Position numbers and translations under genes: made by a program. The notes under the pieces were generated by a model. It was not told where the DNA came from and ran no database searches. It saw only the letters and a list, made by a program, of their open reading frames with translations. A DNA stretch of 62,374 nt, filler included, from Kipferlia bialata (Eukaryota): NCBI GenBank assembly GCA_003568945.1. It is 5 parts of 5 records of this genome, joined end to end, with 100 filler letters (N's around TTAATTAATTAA, not from the genome) between each part and the next. Parts side by side here need not be neighbours in the genome. Positions count along the whole stretch, not along the records: positions 43,594 to 58,017 come from BDIP01000817.1; positions 58,118 to 62,374 come from BDIP01000845.1; 3 more parts are not named here. One strand, written 5' to 3'. How positions within the stretch are numbered: position 1 is the first letter of the stretch; each line of letters starts with the position of its first letter. Below, piece after piece: positions 49,601 through 62,374 of this stretch.

Positions 49601-52600
49601 TCTCCTATCTACTTGGGGCTGTATCCTACCCATACAGTGTGGTGGTTGGGGCCCTTTCTCTGGCCTGTCTCATGGCCGCCCCAGCCACGGCCACTCTCCT
49701 GGTCGATAAGGTGAAGAGGGGAGATCTGGTAGCCAGCCAGAGACTGGTTGTTGGTTCCCACACCGTGAATGCATCGCCCCTCACATTGGCCTTGGTGGGG
49801 GGGAGTAATGGATGTGTGGTGCCTGTGCTAGACACAGTCAGACGCATTCCCTCCTCCTCCTACCGCAAGGGAGATGCATCTCCTGTCCATTTAGCCATAC
49901 GAGCAGGACACTCAGTCACTGTGGTTGAGAGGCTTCTAAACCTAGGTGCCGATGCTACTCTTGAGGACCTTGATGCGGCAGCCAGACTACGTGACAGCGA
50001 TGCTTGCAAGCTGATCGGGAACCACGTATCGAAGGTCGGAGATTAGTATCATGACGTAGAAAGTCTTCAGTTGTCTCACCATCAGATGTCTCCAAAGGAG
50101 TTCAGGGATCTGGGTGGGGTTGCTAGTCTATGTACCTCCATGCTGTCCGTAGACAAGGGAAGGTATCTGCAGAGCATCCTGTCTTGTATTAATAGTGTAT
50201 TTTCAACTATCTCTCTCTGTATATCTTATCAAAGAGAGGAGAGCTTCGTTGGCATTGCTGAGGCTCGCACGCACTCCAAAGTGGTTCTTGAGAAGCGTAG
50301 CCTCACATATCTGGAGGCCATACGTTTACACTCTCATTACATGCTCCTTACCCGTCCTGGGTCATCGTTCCCATTCGCTGCGGCGCATCACCTCAAGAAG
50401 GGACTGGCTGTAGCTCCGTATCCAAAGGCTGCTGGTACTCCCCTGCTTCCTTCACCGCCCGTCCAGACTACAGCGGACGCGCACTGTGAGACGGACACCA
50501 GTATGGGCACTGATACTGCCAGTGACAGTGAGGAGGATAGTGCTGACCCTACAGGCGTGGAGGTGTGTCCAAGACAGACCGTGAGTGCGTTGTTTGCCGA
50601 AGCTGATTTAGAGGGTGTAAAGGGCAGAACTAGCCTCGTGGTGAATCCAGAGCATGTACTCGCAGTGAGGGAATTCTGTGAGAGAGTCTTACCCCCCATG
50701 CTCAAGATCCTTGCTAGGTGGGATACTGAGTGTTTATACCTCCAAGAAATCTAAATCATTCCCAGTACCGCTCTCACACCAGACTGTTCAAGAAGCATTA
50801 CGGAGAGTCATACAGTGATGCCCCCGACAGGTTGGTACTTGCCGCAGAGCTCCCACTCCCAGCCTTTGTCCAGATGGTCACTATTCAGCAGGGTAGGGTG
50901 TTGAGCTATTCTTTTAGATGCATGTTCGTATTTGCCTCGGTGACTGACCCAGATGGGTTCTCCACCCTTGGCCGAATGGCTGTCACAGGGTGCGAGTCAT
51001 CACTCAAGGTTTGCCTTTCCCTTTGCGGGACAGGGCAGATGCCCAGGGTCTTGGTAACCGAACTGGCGAAGTGTCTGCCTCTAGCAGGTAATGCAACACA
51101 TCATCACCCAGATATAATATGATATCTAGGCAGTGTGTGAGTGTATCTGGGAATCCAGTGTTCTTGATCTTGGCCACACTGCTTTCTCCATTATTCCCTG
51201 TTCCTGACATCCAGTCCTCAGTGGCAGCTACCAGGTGGTTACTGTGCTGGCAGAGGCTGGTCTGGTGGGCCAAGGAGAATCGCTATCTGTGGGGACCAAG
51301 TACGAAATGAAACCCGGTACCTCTCTTCGATGAACCCTGTCTCACTCCAGGTTATGCTCGTTAGCCCTAGGTCGCCAGGCAGATACCTTCAAGGAAGTGC
51401 TTGTGGAGGCTCTCTATGAGGATGTGATGGAGGTTGACCCCAGAGGAGGTGATGATTGCAATTGATCTTTCCAGTTATACCTTTCTGCCGTTTACTCTCG
51501 GTTATCAAGGGACTGAGTATATGCCATTGCACACCCCAGGTAACCCACCCTTGGAGGGTTTCTGCCTTCCCAGATGCTCCTTTTCGATGCAGAGTCCATT
51601 GGCTTGTGCTGCCATGGGTGGCCCTGTTCATCTTCACGCCCAAGACTCCTCGGAGACACTGCCAGAGTCCGGAAGTGTTGTAAGTGTTGTCTCCCAAGAG
51701 GGGGGCGTGTCATCCGAGGATAGCGTGTATCGGATGGTGCTGGAGGAGGCCCTTTGTCTGCCGGATGAAGTATCGTCCGGGGTGGCAGGGTGGAACCCCA
51801 TGCATCTACTGGCTCTGAGGGGAGCAGAAGGGCTCTTAAGATACAGCTTGGAGTCCCCTGAGGTAGTCAGTGCTTGCAGGTTGTCTGCTTCTCTGCCCAC
51901 AGGAGGTGAGGATGATATATATATATATATATTCATATATGTAGAAGGCGTGGCTTTCATTCAAATTATCCCAACCTGTGTACGTTCTCTATCTGACAGT
52001 TAGGTGTCCTATATGCCAGTGATGCAGCAGATGATACTGTATTCTGGACTCGGTGTTGTTGCGATCGAGACACTAATGCTCTCGTTCCCAGGATATTCGG
52101 GAGACTTGAGTCTATGGTATGGCGCTAGAAATATATATGTCTCTGTGTTGTAACTGGTTATCCATGTACTTTCATGCGTTTTATCTTCAGGTTCTGGCAC
52201 CAGTTACCCCCCTCTGTGTCGCATTGATGGCTGGTCACTTAGGTTGTGCATATCTTCTGGCAGACAAGGTGTGTTGGGTCAGAACTCCGGTGTATTATAT
52301 GTAAATAGTGAGGGTTTTGCCAGTATCAGACGTGTTGTTACATGCATTCAGTGGGGCAAACCCACAAATCCTCTGCGCGTAAAGGAAAGAGTGTAAGTCT
52401 CACCCATAGGTTGGTGTCTCTACCAGGGACCTTGTGTGTGCCCTGGTCCACTGCCATGAAGTTGTACCCAAGCTGATGGAGCTCGGAGACGTCGATCCAG
52501 TCAGCTACCAGGAGATGCACTCATATAGGCAGGCTGTGAACGACGTGATAGACTCACCCCTCACCCAATTTGCAGCCAACCTTGGAGGGAGGGGACTCAG

Positions 52601-55600
52601 CTGGGTACGATGGGTCTCTGTCACGTGTGACTACAATAGTATATGTTCTCTTCGTGTTACAATAATCTAACCAGAAGTCTCAGCAACTTGGCCCTGATTA
52701 CAACCCTTCCGCACCTGAGACACCTCTCTCTCTCTCCACCTCTCGGCAAAGCGCCCCTTCAGAGGGTGATAGCACTCTCTCATCTGTCGCTATGTATGCC
52801 GATAGGGAGAGGGGAGGGCGACTGGATTCCGCTGCCCTGCTCCCACTGTTGTTCCTTGCTGCAGCCCAGCAATCTCCAGAACGTCTAGCCTACTTCCTGC
52901 CTGTTTCAGAGGTTATGGTCTCCAATGGAGAACGAGTTGTGGGCAGTGACAGGCTGCCTCCAAACGAAGAGATACCAGGTCAGTCTGACTGTGTAGACCC
53001 TGCATCAGGACGAGGCCCGTCATTGATGCCCCCAGAGCTAGTGTTGGCGCTGCTTAGCGTGTCCTTGTCAAAGTCGAAGCTCCCCCCTCCTCCCTCACTT
53101 CCGGTGTTCCCCCTCTCTCTCGCTTCCCCACATACCCTCCCAAGTGTCTCCAACTGCTGTTCGGTCCCACCGTCGTCTCAGATATCTGGGGGTCGTATGG
53201 CAGAGTATCTGGTCTCCCTACTTATGAATTCCCAGCGAGGTGAGACATCTGATGACACACGCAGCCCAGTGCGTATGCTCAGTGTCTGTGAGTCGGTGCA
53301 GTTGGTGCTAGAGCTGGTGGTGGACTGCCCGTCCGCATTGTTGGCGACATCTGGTGAGGATGAGGTCTATGTGGTCATGAGGGAGATGCAGGTGGGATTG
53401 GAAGGATCGACCAGTCTTCGGTGTCTGACACACGGGACAGACGGTCACAGACGCGCAAGCACACCCACGTGGCCAGTATATAACCCATCTCACTCTCACG
53501 AAGCTTCCCTTCTCCAGGTGGCTGCCCTCCGAAGCATCCACCTCCCCACACCCCTAGATGCAGTGACGCACAGGAACGTGGCCGGAGTGTGCCTCCCAGG
53601 TGACTCTCCATCTCTCTATAGAGCCGTCGAGCTTCTGTTTTGCGTCGTGGTGTCCGGTAGTCCTTCTCTTCTGGATATTGCAGACACCCTCCTGCACCTG
53701 GAGGCAGCCACCCCTGGCATCCTGTCTCGCTTACTCTGGCGCTTCACCCTGGGGGACGCTGCCTTCCACTCTGGCGATGGGGGCCAGTGGGGTGAGGGGA
53801 GTCCCCTCTCAGACTATGTCACGGACATGGTCACAGCTATCTCCGTCCCCGTTCTGCCGTGTCTGCTGGCTGTGTGTGGGACTATGGAACAGAACACAGC
53901 TGGCCTCGGGTTCCTTTCAGCTCTGTCCTCCCTCAAGAAGACCTCGCTCGTGAAGGCAACACTGGCACCCATCAAGGTACGGGTGTGTTACCACTTGGAG
54001 GGTATATTTGTATTGGCTCTCTTTCTAATGAGGAGCAGGGTCATCAGCTTCCTCACTCCCCTTACCCCCTAGGTCAGACAGCGATTCCGCGCACAAATTC
54101 CTCCCCTTCTTCATGAGCAAAGCGCAGCCATTGACGGAGCCGCTTTCTGTAGTAATGGTTCTGGAAACCCTTCCACCTCCATGTCCCTTTCTATGCAGGC
54201 ATCTCTTAACCACACGACAAAGGTATGACAAATGTCGGTTGATGTAATCTTCCCTGGGTGTTGTAGTATGTATCATCATTCTCACCCAGACTAGTAGGTT
54301 GGCGAAAGGGTCGACGGCATCCTCTCCGAACAGCCGCCGGAGCTCCGTCTCGCTCTCTCGCACGGCGGGTGTATCCCCAGAGTGAGTGGGGTCTGCCTCT
54401 ATGGGAATGTCACATACAGTATCAGCACTCCTCCACTCACCTAGGTCAGTTGTTCATAGGGTTAGCCATCGTCTCTTCGATGACGCCATGAAGACATGGC
54501 TCGAGGTGCCCCCTCCCAAGGAGAGCTATCTGACTGACCGCACCACAACTGCTCTTGGACACTCGACCCTCGGCAGAGACGCAGATATATTCACCCTATT
54601 AGTGCAGTCAGGATTCGACGCCAATGCCGGTGGGTAATCATATTCACTACTTTTCTACATTGTGATGTATCCCCCCTTTCTGATACTGCAGTGGACGGTG
54701 ACCATGTCACACCGCTGTCGATTGCCGCCACTCACAGGAGGGACCTGACTCCATCGTCTACTAGTACCAACGCAGGGTTCGGGTTTGATCCCACAATTAC
54801 CAGCCTTCTCATACAGGTATCAATAGCGGTGGTGTGCCATGTTATAATTCTATCCTGTTTTGACTGATACTCCCGCTTCTGTGGTCTCCTCCCAATGACA
54901 GACTACTAGAGGGGCTATATGCCGCACCACATCAGGACCCCAGAGGATGAACCCCTTACATATAGCGTGTCTTTACGGAAACACGCCTGCGGTTCGGTCA
55001 CTGGTCAGGGACGGCTCGGCGGCAGTGTTTGAGAAGGTATCCGTATCAGTATCTATATATACTACTGATACTGAGAGTCTATATGTTGATGGCTGTATAT
55101 CAACAGTACAAGTGTGTGTTAATATCATATGTGAAGGAGTGTTTTCCGAAAGTACTATGGACTGGATTGATTCGTTGTTGATGATGTGTGCTCATTGCGT
55201 ATCCAGGTTATGTGTTGCAAGCTAGATACTGATACTGACCCCCTCTCACTCTACTAGGACACTCGCGGCCGATTACCGATGGATATGACCCTGAGCAGTC
55301 TCTATCACATAGTGTGCGAGGGATGGGTGGATAAGGGAGTGCCGAATCTGCCCCCTCCTTGGGAGGCCACCTGCAATGCAACTGCGTCTATAGTAGCTAG
55401 TGAGCTCCCTGATGTTCTCAAGGGCCCGATACCCAGTGTGATAGATCTAGAGGAGACGCTCTGCTTCCTCCTTGCCGTGGATCCTGGGGCCGCCACACGC
55501 ATCCTCCCCCACTCTGCCTTCTTGCCCTTCTGCGGCCACTCCCTTCTGGCAGCAGGTAGCAGTATCAGTATATGTCTATGTCTACTTGTCACTATTTATA

Positions 55601-57544
55601 CTGTACTGGTACTGATACTGATACTCTCTTCTGACAGCAGTAAAGTGGTGTGTGTGTGACATACAATGGTGGGATCTCTGGTCCTTTCTCTTCTACTTTC
55701 CCGTTGTCTCTGACACTTCATTCTCACTGTCAGCGTGCTGCATGAACCTCTGGAACGTAGTACAAGTAATTCTCACAGTCATCCTATCTCCACCGGCTGT
55801 GGCAGATCCTGCGCCCTCGCCGTGTGAGTGCGCCACCCTCCCTCCCTTGGTGTCGTGCATCCCCCTGGCATGTGCGTATGGGACAGACACACCACTCGAC
55901 AGGTGTGTGCACTATTGACTCTATGGTATACTCAGCCCATGGGACAGGGTCCCTTGGCTTCAGTCCTATATAGATGGTGTACGATTGAGTTTCGCCGTCG
56001 CTCTCCATCCATCTGGTACTATCCTATACCTCCTGATGCCAGGTGTCGTTACTATGGAGTCGACAGAGAGTATCCGCTCCCTGGTCAGAAGTCTCACAGA
56101 CGTCGCTCTGTGGGGGCAGAGAACAGGGTATGCTGCAGTCAACCCCTACTTCAGTATCGTTGTGGTGTGAGAGTCTTGAACGATATGTGACCACCTTGGG
56201 CTGTTCTGACATGCTAACGACTAGGATGCCCGCACCCTCTCCCAGCGCTGGCACTCGGCAGTACATGCCATGTACCCCCCCTTGCACCTAGCGCAGCTGC
56301 GACAATGCTCAGAGCAGAGCCTGCGAACAGCTGCAGAGGTCATTCTGAAGAGAGGTGCGAAGTTCTACGTCAGCACTGATGCTACGTACTGTCGATGCTA
56401 CGTACGTTTATCGGTTCTCATGACAGGTCAGGATAGGCTGTGTGCACTGGACTATGTTTGTGCCTCTGGGAGGTGGGATCTTTGCCAGTTCCTGCTCCAC
56501 ATATGCATCAGAGGCATGTCGCCTACCAAGGCATTACTCGCTAACCTGGCATCAGGTACGCTTGATGGGTATTCGTTAACTCACCTGTTCTGTATCTCTG
56601 GTACACGTCTAATATCAAGGATCCACCCGTGGTCCTGGTTTTACCCTTGCACACATAGCGTGCAGGCCTCTGCGATCTGACCCGGACCCCCCCTCTCCCT
56701 GTGACTTTGTGTGTGGTTCACAGGGACAGGACAGTGTACCCCGCAAGGTCCATGTTTCCTTTGCGAGGAACCTCTATAGGCTGTTCCCGATGCTGTTTAC
56801 CCATCCAGACAGACATGGGGAGCTACCACTCGCTCTGGTGCCCCCTGAGGTTATAGAGAAGGTCCGAGGCCCTGGTGTGGACTCCAGCCTAGGTGTCCTA
56901 GGGGGTGTTGCCTCAGGCTCTGTCCCAGACTCTTTGCCGGATGCCTCCGGTCACTCACTCGGGGGTGTGTTCAGGAGACCCGTGGTTAAGCTCCCCTCCC
57001 TCGTGTCGTTTGTACTCAAGAGCAACCCCCACTCCAAGTGGCAGAAGAGGCTCCTGCTCGACACCCACCTTGGTACGCAGATAGCAGAGTTCAGTCATTC
57101 CACCCCACTCTCACCTCAGGTATCCGATATGCAAATATCCACGGTCTCCCTGAAGGAGAGACCCGTGTCTGTGAGACCACACTGGCTATGCTTAGGTGTG
57201 CCAAATGTGTCTTCTTCAGTAGTCTTTTCCTCACCATCAGGGCTACTGCTGGTTCTAGGTCTGAAAGGAACAGACTACTTCCATGGCAAAGCATTGATGC
57301 GTACACTGATATACCACCAGACTCACATGGGGTCCCTGCCAAGCAGGAGTTCTGCCATCATCTGTCAGTCACTGTGGGGGGGAGGACGTTCGGTTTCGCA
57401 TTTCCTAATGCAGAGGTTGGCATTGCTGTATTATTCTCTGCATCAGTCATTCTCTTTCAACACTCTCATGTATGTATATGTTTGACCCCTCAGGTGAGGA
57501 ACGTGTGGATGGCATTAATCAGACACAAGACAAGGGGACGATGA
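46621..57544 (+). CDS. Very large multi-exon ankyrin-repeat protein with C-terminal PH-like domain (may be more than one gene)
   Basis: Ankyrin motifs DIQGNTPLHSAI, FGLTPLHEACLRADSMGVSMLLGAGADP, SPVHLAIRAGHSVTVVERLLNLGAD, GWNPMHLLALRG, TPLCVALMAGHLGCAYLL and MNPLHIACLYGNTPAVRSLV. The C-terminus SFVLKSNPHSKWQKRLLL...RTFGFAFPNAEVRNVWMALIR* resembles PH beta1-2 and the terminal Trp helix. Confidence 0.72.
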
Positions 57545-58017
57545 CTCCGGCCCAGAGTCCCTGGGAGTACATTGATTGACAGTCAATGGAGGATGTGTAC
57601 GATATGTCCAGTATCTGTGGACCGCGATCTTGAGTTGTGGTGTTCATACATGCAACATTTGAGTCATATGATATCATAGCAGTAAAGCATTCATGTCATC
57701 CAGTCAAGTAAGTGCTCTATTCCAGAGTACTCATAGACTATGAGTTATAGTACCCACTCTAGCCATAGTGTAACCCTCTTTTGCGCACTCACTGAATTGT
57801 AACCTATTTACAGCGCCCTGGACCCCCCGAAATATTAGCACCATACCTTATTGACTGTATTTAGCTTGCTTGTTATTTGGGGAACTCCGTAATCTCTGAG
57901 AAACTGGTGTTGAGGTCGTGTTTGCGGCACTACCTATGTAGGATGGGTATCTGAGTGGATCCATTCGCGTAAGTAACCGGTGTCCCCCATATATATGTAA
58001 TCAAACACAGTGCACTG

Positions 58018-58117
58018 NNNNNNNNNNNNNNNNNNNNNNNNNNNNNNNNNNNNNNNNNNNNTTAATTAATTAANNNNNNNNNNNNNNNNNNNNNNNNNNN
58101 NNNNNNNNNNNNNNNNN
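58018..58117. other. Artificial contig linker N44-TTAATTAATTAA-N44
   Basis: Same 100-nt linker, core at 58062-58073. Confidence 0.97.
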
Positions 58118-58477
58118 TAAAACAAAGTTTTTTGGATGACCAACCCCGAAGGGAAGGCTCCAAAGAGAGGAAAGGGGCGGAGGGTGCCAACAAATGAGGT
58201 GGACCAGAGTGGATTTCATAAACATTGTTTTCTGGCAAACACGTCTAAACCCTTTCTTTTCCTACACGATTTGATAATAATTCCATTATACTCTTAGCAT
58301 CTGGATCTAGATGTCCCCCACAACACTCTGAATGTACACATTTATGGTACACTGTATTGGTTTCACTGAGTGGCGTGTCTGTTTCAAGGATCACGGCTCC
58401 TCTCTATATACATATATTAGAGTACACATACGGGTGGACTATGGGATGCCTATACTACATTGCATGTCCCGTGCCAA

Positions 58478-61400
58478 TCACCGCCTCTCCTCTCTCTCCC
58501 TCTCCCTTGCCCTCTGGCTCTTGCTCCTGGTGGCATTGAGGGCATTCAGCTGCAGGTAGTTGGGGGCCTTCTTGCCCTTGCCACCGCCTCCCACACCTGC
58601 CAGGGCCCTGACAGTCTGCCTAGGCATCACGGCATCGACCTTGGCACGCACCCTGGGGGGCTTGTAGCTGGCGAAGCGGCCTCTGACCTCCCAGATCCAG
58701 AGGTCGTCCCTGGTCTCCACCACTAGCCTGCCGGAGGATAGGCCGGAGAAGGACTTGGGGGCGAAGGACACGGTGAGCTCGGTGGGCCTCGAGGACCTGG
58801 GGGGTAGGGAGGAGTAGGTACAGAGACAACACAAGCATATATATATATATATATATATATACCTTGGGTTCAGGATACCCTCACACGGGTCAACACCGAA
58901 CTGGAACCCAGACTCTGCCATGAAGTATGCCCTGTACTGGGAGTATCCATCGGACCTAGGGGTGAGAGAGAGAGAGGGGGGGGGGGATATCGTGAGTAAG
59001 CGACTCCATATCTATCACCATACACACTCCAGTCCCCCACCTGTTCTGTGTCACCAGTCCATAATAGACTATTATTACTAATATTAATACTCTTGTCCCC
59101 ACCTGTTCTGTGCCACCACCCTAGCTGTACCCACACTGCCTGGGGAGGCAGCCTCCACAACAACCACACCCTCGGGCTTGGGGAGACCGGCCTCTAGCCG
59201 GATGGGGAAGCGCCAGCGACCACCTGGGAATAAGAAGAAGAAGCAAAAGAAAGCAGAGAGAGACAGAGAGAGTAGTGAGTGTATATATCTCCCACCTGCT
59301 GGGGACCTCTCCACGAGTAGAGACCCAAAGACAGAGACAGGCCGCCTTGGCTCGAAGGATATGGGGACAGAGAGCGTCTCAGAGGCCGAGAGGATTCCCT
59401 CCTGCTCAATGGGACTGGGGTGAGGATGGATATGCATCATAGACAGAGGTTAAACTAAAATACGCACCCGCTAGGCATGAGTGCCACGCTGAGTCCCTGT
59501 GCCACTGCTGCCTCGTGCTCCACAGACAGGGGCAGGGTGGCCTGCACACGCTTCAGAGACACACACTGCTTCACAGCCTGGGGTGAGTACTGGAGTATAG
59601 AAGATAAGGAGTGTATATACATGCCGCACCTGTGTCTCAGGGCCCAGGTCGAGGTCAAGGCTGACCAGGAGAGACTGGGGCTCAGCGGCAGAGGGGGAGG
59701 GCCTGGAGTCCATAGTAGACCTGGGGGTAAGGGAGAGAGAGGTATAGAGCAAGCCATAGAGTATACAGTGACACTCACTTTGTGACCAGTGCTGGTGCCG
59801 CCCCAGCCCCCTTGGTAGCAGCCACGACATCTGCCATCAGGGCCTTGTTGAGACCAGCTAAGGAGAGGTCAAGAGTCACGACACGGATGGCGTGGGTGAG
59901 AGATCTCACGACCTCGGGCAGGCCTGACTTGACAAGCTCAGCCACTGCCCTGATCGGGTATGTCCACACCACGCCCTCATCCTCTGTCTCTGCGTCTGCA
60001 CTGGCCCTACCGTCCCGGAGGAGTGTAGCTGTGACCCGGCACTGCCCACTGACAGTCACCATCGAAGCTGGCTCGAATACTAGGGACACCTGCATGGTCT
60101 CACAGGCAGCAAGGGTGCGGAGCTTCCTGGGGGTTAGAGGCGATACATCAATACTACACGATACTTAGTGTGAGTATGCCCACCTTGCGTTGGTCTGGGC
60201 CCTGCCTAGACGGAGGGGGCCTGGCTCGGCTAGGAGCTCAATGCCGACAGTGACTGAGGGTGAGTAGGGGAAGAAGTATGCTTGGCTTCAACTACAAATA
60301 CGCACCTGGGTACAGGAATGGGTTCTTGAAGGTGAGTGCCTTGGTGACTGCACTGCCGGGCTGGCACGTGATGAGGGTCTCCTCGAGGGGTGCAGGCCTC
60401 GACCCAACACCAGTGAGAGACAGCAGCCTGGGGGGTGAGTGATGGACCTCAAATACACATATATATACACCAGACACCAACGCACTTGAGGATCCTAGGG
60501 GGGCCTCTGAACCTCGATGGCACTCCCTCCAGCCTCACACCGGTCGTCTCCTCCTGCCCCACAGAGGTGGGCTGGTACACCACGGAGAGGGTCTCGGTGG
60601 AGAAGGCAGGTACGGCAATGCGGGACGGGGAACAGCTGAAGGCCACAGAGTTGGTCAAAATGACCTGGGAGTGAGAAAGGTACATACTGTCCAGAGGGTC
60701 GTATCACAATTGGATATACCATGTACTCTATTGTTATGATGATGTAAATACAGTGTCCCATACCTCGAAGTCCATGTCCTCGTTGAGTGGGTTCTCAATA
60801 GTGTATGTGGCTGTGGATGATGCACCCACAGAGGCAGAGACCGGGGCCAGGACCTCCTCCTCAGGCTCCGTGGATACCAGGTGCAGGTTGTACTGGGGTG
60901 AGAGTAAGAGAGGCAAGGGAGGGAGAGGGAGAGAGAGAGAGAGAATTGCCGCACCTGGTGGTCCCCGAGCTGAGGGGATGTGAACACCAGCCTTCCATCA
61001 CTGACGCCAGGGGCAAGGGGGGAGAAGATGACTTCGTAGGAGAATGACTCCCCAGGTCCCAATAGCAGCATACGGTCACCCAGGACGTCAATGCCCTCGA
61101 GGATGACTTCAATCTCTACGGCCTAGGGTGAGAGAGAGCGAGAGAGAGAGAGAGAGTAACAGCACACAATCATGCCCCACCTGGTTGAGAGGGTTACTGA
61201 CGTCCACACTAGACACCACGGCCTGCCCTGTCCGTGTCTCCAGCTCTATGTCGTCCAGGGCAGCAGCAGGCTCCACCAGCACATCGCATGTGTACCACAG
61301 GGTGGATGGGTCCAGGTGGTCGGGGTCGGTCTCCTGGTCCCTCTCCACAGAGGTGGGGTGGAAGTAGACTGCACCACGGGCAGTACCTGCACGCTGGACC

Positions 61401-62321
61401 TGGGGGGTCAGACACACAGAGGGTAGATGTACACAGCATACAGCTATATACTTACGCCATGAGTATGATATACACACATCCACCCACCTGCACGACCAAG
61501 TCCACCTCGACCGACTGGTAAGCAGGCACAGACACAACGCCAGGGGGGCCAGAGATGAAGGGAAGACCACTCTCAAAGACGTACTCCTCACTGGTGTGCG
61601 TGCCGGTCAGGGTGATGGTCTTGGTGGTGGGCTCCATGGCCACTCCGCGGAAGGTGAGGTGGCCGGTGGCCTGGAGTTAGCAAAGAACACGTATCTGGCT
61701 ACACGTCTACATATAGGTACATACCTTGGCGGGTTCAGGCTCTGGCTCGGGTGGTGTCTCTGGCCTGACAGTCTCGGCCTCTGCCTTGAGGGCCAGGGCA
61801 TACACCCTCACATCGAAGCGGGAGGCAAGAACCACATTGCCAGTGTACTCGCCTAAGGGGTAAGAGATTGACAGAGGTAGAGAGACCCATGCTATCGTAA
61901 TAGAAATACCTGCGAACTGGCACATGGCCTCACAGGCCAGCACGCTGGAGGACTCTCCACTCAGCTTGAGTCTGTCCACGCATGTCAGGAAGTCAGCAGT
62001 GCTGCCCACGGCATAGGGCACAACCTGGTCGGAGAAGGCCTGTCTGGCCTGCACCATGCCTGGGGGTAAACGACAATAGTGAGACACTGAGTATACAGAG
62101 ATAGAGATAGGTTGGATAGTGATACCATATATACCTGGAAGGCTGGCGCATGACTCTCTGAACCTCTCTATGGCAGGGCTCTTGTATGGGACGGGGATGG
62201 GAATGGGGAGAGGGGTCTGTAGCTGAGCAGACAGGGTCAGTGTCTCCAGGGGGTCTGGCAGGAGGGCCACTCCAACGACAGTCACGGCACTCTCACCACA
62301 CTCAGGGTCATACAGACGCAG
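58478..62321 (-). CDS. CFAP47: CFAP47-like cilia/flagella-associated protein, C-terminal part (runs off window)
   Basis: Tandem Ig/ASH-like modules (SVPISFEPRRP, YEVIFSPLAPGVSDGRLVFTSPQLG, SVVYQPTSVG), GGRWRFPIRLEAGLPKPEGVVVVEA, and terminal GRLVVETRDDLWIWEVRGRFASYKPP, matching from memory the CFAP47 C-terminus. Confidence 0.78.
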
Positions 62322-62374
62322 CTGGGGGTGAGGGATGGGGGGGGGGGGGGAAAAACCAAGGGGGAGGGAAGCCC

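Noticed and set aside
14440..58117. Palindromic TTAATTAATTAA recurring every ~14.5 kb
   Set aside because: It is an artificial six-frame-stop linker in N padding. The spacing reflects length-sorted contigs, so gene neighbourhoods across linkers (for example an apparent cilia/centriole cluster) are meaningless.

Overview
Eukaryotic, very intron-dense genomic DNA. The style (short introns ending CT(C/G/A)AC-(C)n-AG, (AG)n/(AT)n/(AC)n microsatellites, Glu/Arg-rich coding, flagellar and centriolar genes) suggests a free-living fornicate such as Kipferlia bialata; this is an inference. The window is not contiguous: five unrelated contigs are joined by artificial N44-TTAATTAATTAA-N44 linkers (the three complete contigs are 14428, 14426 and 14424 nt, i.e. 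length-sorted). Spliced genes recovered: an ARM-like protein, a membrane/coiled-coil protein, a membrane class-3 lipase, a protein ending in pentapeptide repeats, a small repeat protein, a CEP120-like coiled coil without C2 domains, a very large Ser/Thr/Gly/Asp-rich type II membrane protein, a membrane-anchored bZIP, a 5'-nucleotidase C-terminus, an ARK-like kinesin, cyclin Y, an ankyrin-PH giant and CFAP47. Main finding: many introns carry 20-45 nt 'echoes' of the adjacent exon end together with its splice site. Donor echoes lie downstream of the exon and acceptor echoes upstream, up to 4 copies, and they differ from the real exon mostly at synonymous codon positions. This suggests capture of divergent allelic exon/intron junctions, or an undescribed splicing system. 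No rRNA, tRNA, CRISPR or mobile element was recognised. Gene boundaries are manual and approximate.
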